NCBI GenBank assembly: GCA_030867685.1
Contig: JAQOWU010000008.1
Coordinates: 4,092,001-4,156,000, forward strand
Source of the DNA: Wickerhamiella versatilis
Lineage: Eukaryota
Direction: 5' to 3'
DNA length: 64,000 nt
The notes beneath the pieces were generated by a model that was given only the letters and a program-made list of their open reading frames with translations, made no database searches and was not told the DNA's origin. Positions 62,857 through 64,000 of the stretch are shown here, piece after piece (position 1 is the stretch's first letter; every line of letters begins with the position of its first letter). The translations under genes were made by a program, and so were the position numbers.

Positions 62857-62924
62857 AAGTTACAAATCATGTTCCAGCTGGTCTCTAAAAGCGCGTTTGC
62901 TTACGTACCGGAGAGTTTTTCTCT

Positions 62925-63204
62925 GTGAAGTTTGCAGAGTTGCGTTCGAAGCTACTAACGATACTACAGAATGCTTCGGGGAAAGTCTCCGATCGCCGAG
63001 CAGAGATGCACCGAAATGGTGGTCAGAGCCTAGTTGTCTTGTTTCGACGATGAAAAGGCCTCCTCCAGGGGAGATTCTATGTGGAATGACTTGGCATTCT
63101 CTGGCCGGTGCGATAGCGACGGGATCCGCCGTCAAACGAAAGGTATGCAACGTGCTCCTCCGATATAGGGGAGTAACCCAACGGAGCTTACTGACGAACT
63201 TCAC
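62925..63204 (+). ncRNA. NME1: RNase MRP RNA
   Basis: CR-I GAAAGTCTCC (62981-62990) and CR-V AGTAACCCAACGGAGCTTACT (63172-63192) nearly match recalled yeast NME1. P1 GTGAAGTTTG/CGAACTTCAC, P2 GTTGCGT/ATGCAAC, P3 TCGAAGC/GCTTCGG, P19 GCTCCTC/GGGGAGT. Ends are approximate. Confidence 0.9.
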
Positions 63205-63635
63205 CATAAAATTTTTTCGCTCTCGTCTTTGGGATACGGTTATCAAGTCGTAGCGTGGTCGTACGCGCCGAGTGCTTTCGTCCAGTGATGATCTCCTTTA
63301 ATTATAGAGTCAAGCTCAGAAACTTGTATGTTGAGGCTCATGGAAAGATCCTGAGGACAGTATATATAAACGAAGCTTGCTCCGTGTCATCGGTGGTTTA
63401 AAAGGTTTCTTATGACCTCCCCGATATAGATTGACATAGGCAGTAATGTGATGCATAGGCATAGATATAGGTCTTATCAATTAATATTCTTGGCGATCTG
63501 TAGTCTAGGCTGGAATAGATTTACGCAGTGACCGCACTGTGCAGTGCTGTGCAGTGCTGTGGTGTGCTGTAGTGGCCGGGACCGCTGATATCATATGCAA
63601 ACATTCAATATACTAGCTTAAATAGAAAACAACAA

Positions 63636-64000
63636 CTAATTGTATTGCTGGTGCCGTTGACCAACGGGCATGTACTGTGGATACTCTGTCGGTAGGTACG
63701 CATCACCAGCGACCAAATGGGCCGCAGTGCCATCATCGTTTGCAGGCATGCCCATAAGCGGGTCGATATGGGGGGGCGCTCCAGCAACATATGCGCCTTG
63801 TGGGTGCACACCAGGGGCCACCACGGGGGCGGGTCCAGCAGTGGTGGGCACGGGGCCATGCTGCGGTGACTCGCCGCCACGCGCGCTGCCCTGGGAATCG
63901 CGATGCTTGGACTGCTCCTGCGGGCTGCCTGAAGGGTTATCTGGTGCATTCAAGCACGACTGAATCAATGTTTTGCCCTCGCTCTGGGTTACAAGGGGTT
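63636..64000 (-). CDS. MCM1: MADS-box transcription factor Mcm1, C-terminal part (5' end beyond the window)
   Basis: The frame is open to the window edge: PLVTQSEGKTLIQSCLNAPD matches the Mcm1/SRF post-MADS segment, followed by a Pro/Gln/Ala-rich tail. Confidence 0.85.
   Translation of the reverse strand, partial: PLVTQSEGKTLIQSCLNAPDNPSGSPQEQSKHRDSQGSARGGESPQHGPVPTTAGPAPVVAPGVHPQGAYVAGAPPHIDPLMGMPANDDGTAAHLVAGDAYLPTEYPQYMPVGQRHQQYN

Noticed and set aside
62953-62959. Perfect TACTAAC branchpoint consensus
   Set aside because: It lies in the P3 loop of the MRP RNA and there is no exon context.
62860-63253. Overlapping ORFs 62860-63246 (-) and 62897-63253 (+); PKWWS briefly suggested an antizyme frameshift site
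   Set aside because: Both have non-ATG track starts, there is no frameshift-stop arrangement or antizyme domain, and the region is fully explained by the RNase MRP RNA.
63536-63575. 10-bp tandem GCAGTGCTGT repeats downstream of MCM1
   Set aside because: Only 2-3 degenerate copies, with no spacers or telomeric context. Likely a neutral 3' UTR microduplication.

Overview
Eukaryotic window from a budding yeast (Saccharomycotina). It reads in the standard code and is very compact, with about 40 genes, intergenic gaps often under 300 bp, and no intron I can support. That style fits an early-diverging, intron-poor lineage such as Wickerhamiella/Starmerella, but this is inference only. Almost all genes are housekeeping: UBP12 (partial), CDC20, a bHLH factor, MET3, a PP2C, SNF4, PDI1, GRH1, an OPT transporter, SWC5, PBP2, POL5, ATP15, MDL2, an Rpp40-like gene, MET2, KAR9, DIM1, MSL5, ATG26, a PEP12-like syntaxin, TFC3, RPN3, PRP28, ARO8, AIP1, MRPL31, UTP11, MTC2, CMC1, myosin-I, RMD9, YKU80, PGM, BOL3, RPL19, a YBL028C-like gene, a YMD8-like gene, an STP-family factor and MCM1 (partial). 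The ORF track hides an RNase MRP RNA gene at about 62925-63204. The most interesting signals are: (1) an isolated Pol III B-box 3 bp upstream of the TFIIIC subunit gene TFC3, suggesting TFIIIC autoregulation; (2) a compact MRP RNA plus a retained Rpp40 subunit; (3) a myosin-I lacking the acidic Arp2/3-binding tail; (4) identical 12-14 bp motifs just upstream of unrelated start codons; (5) extensive microsynteny with S. cerevisiae. I found no mobile elements, tRNAs, CRISPR arrays or clear horizontal transfers. All family assignments come from recalled motifs, not database searches.
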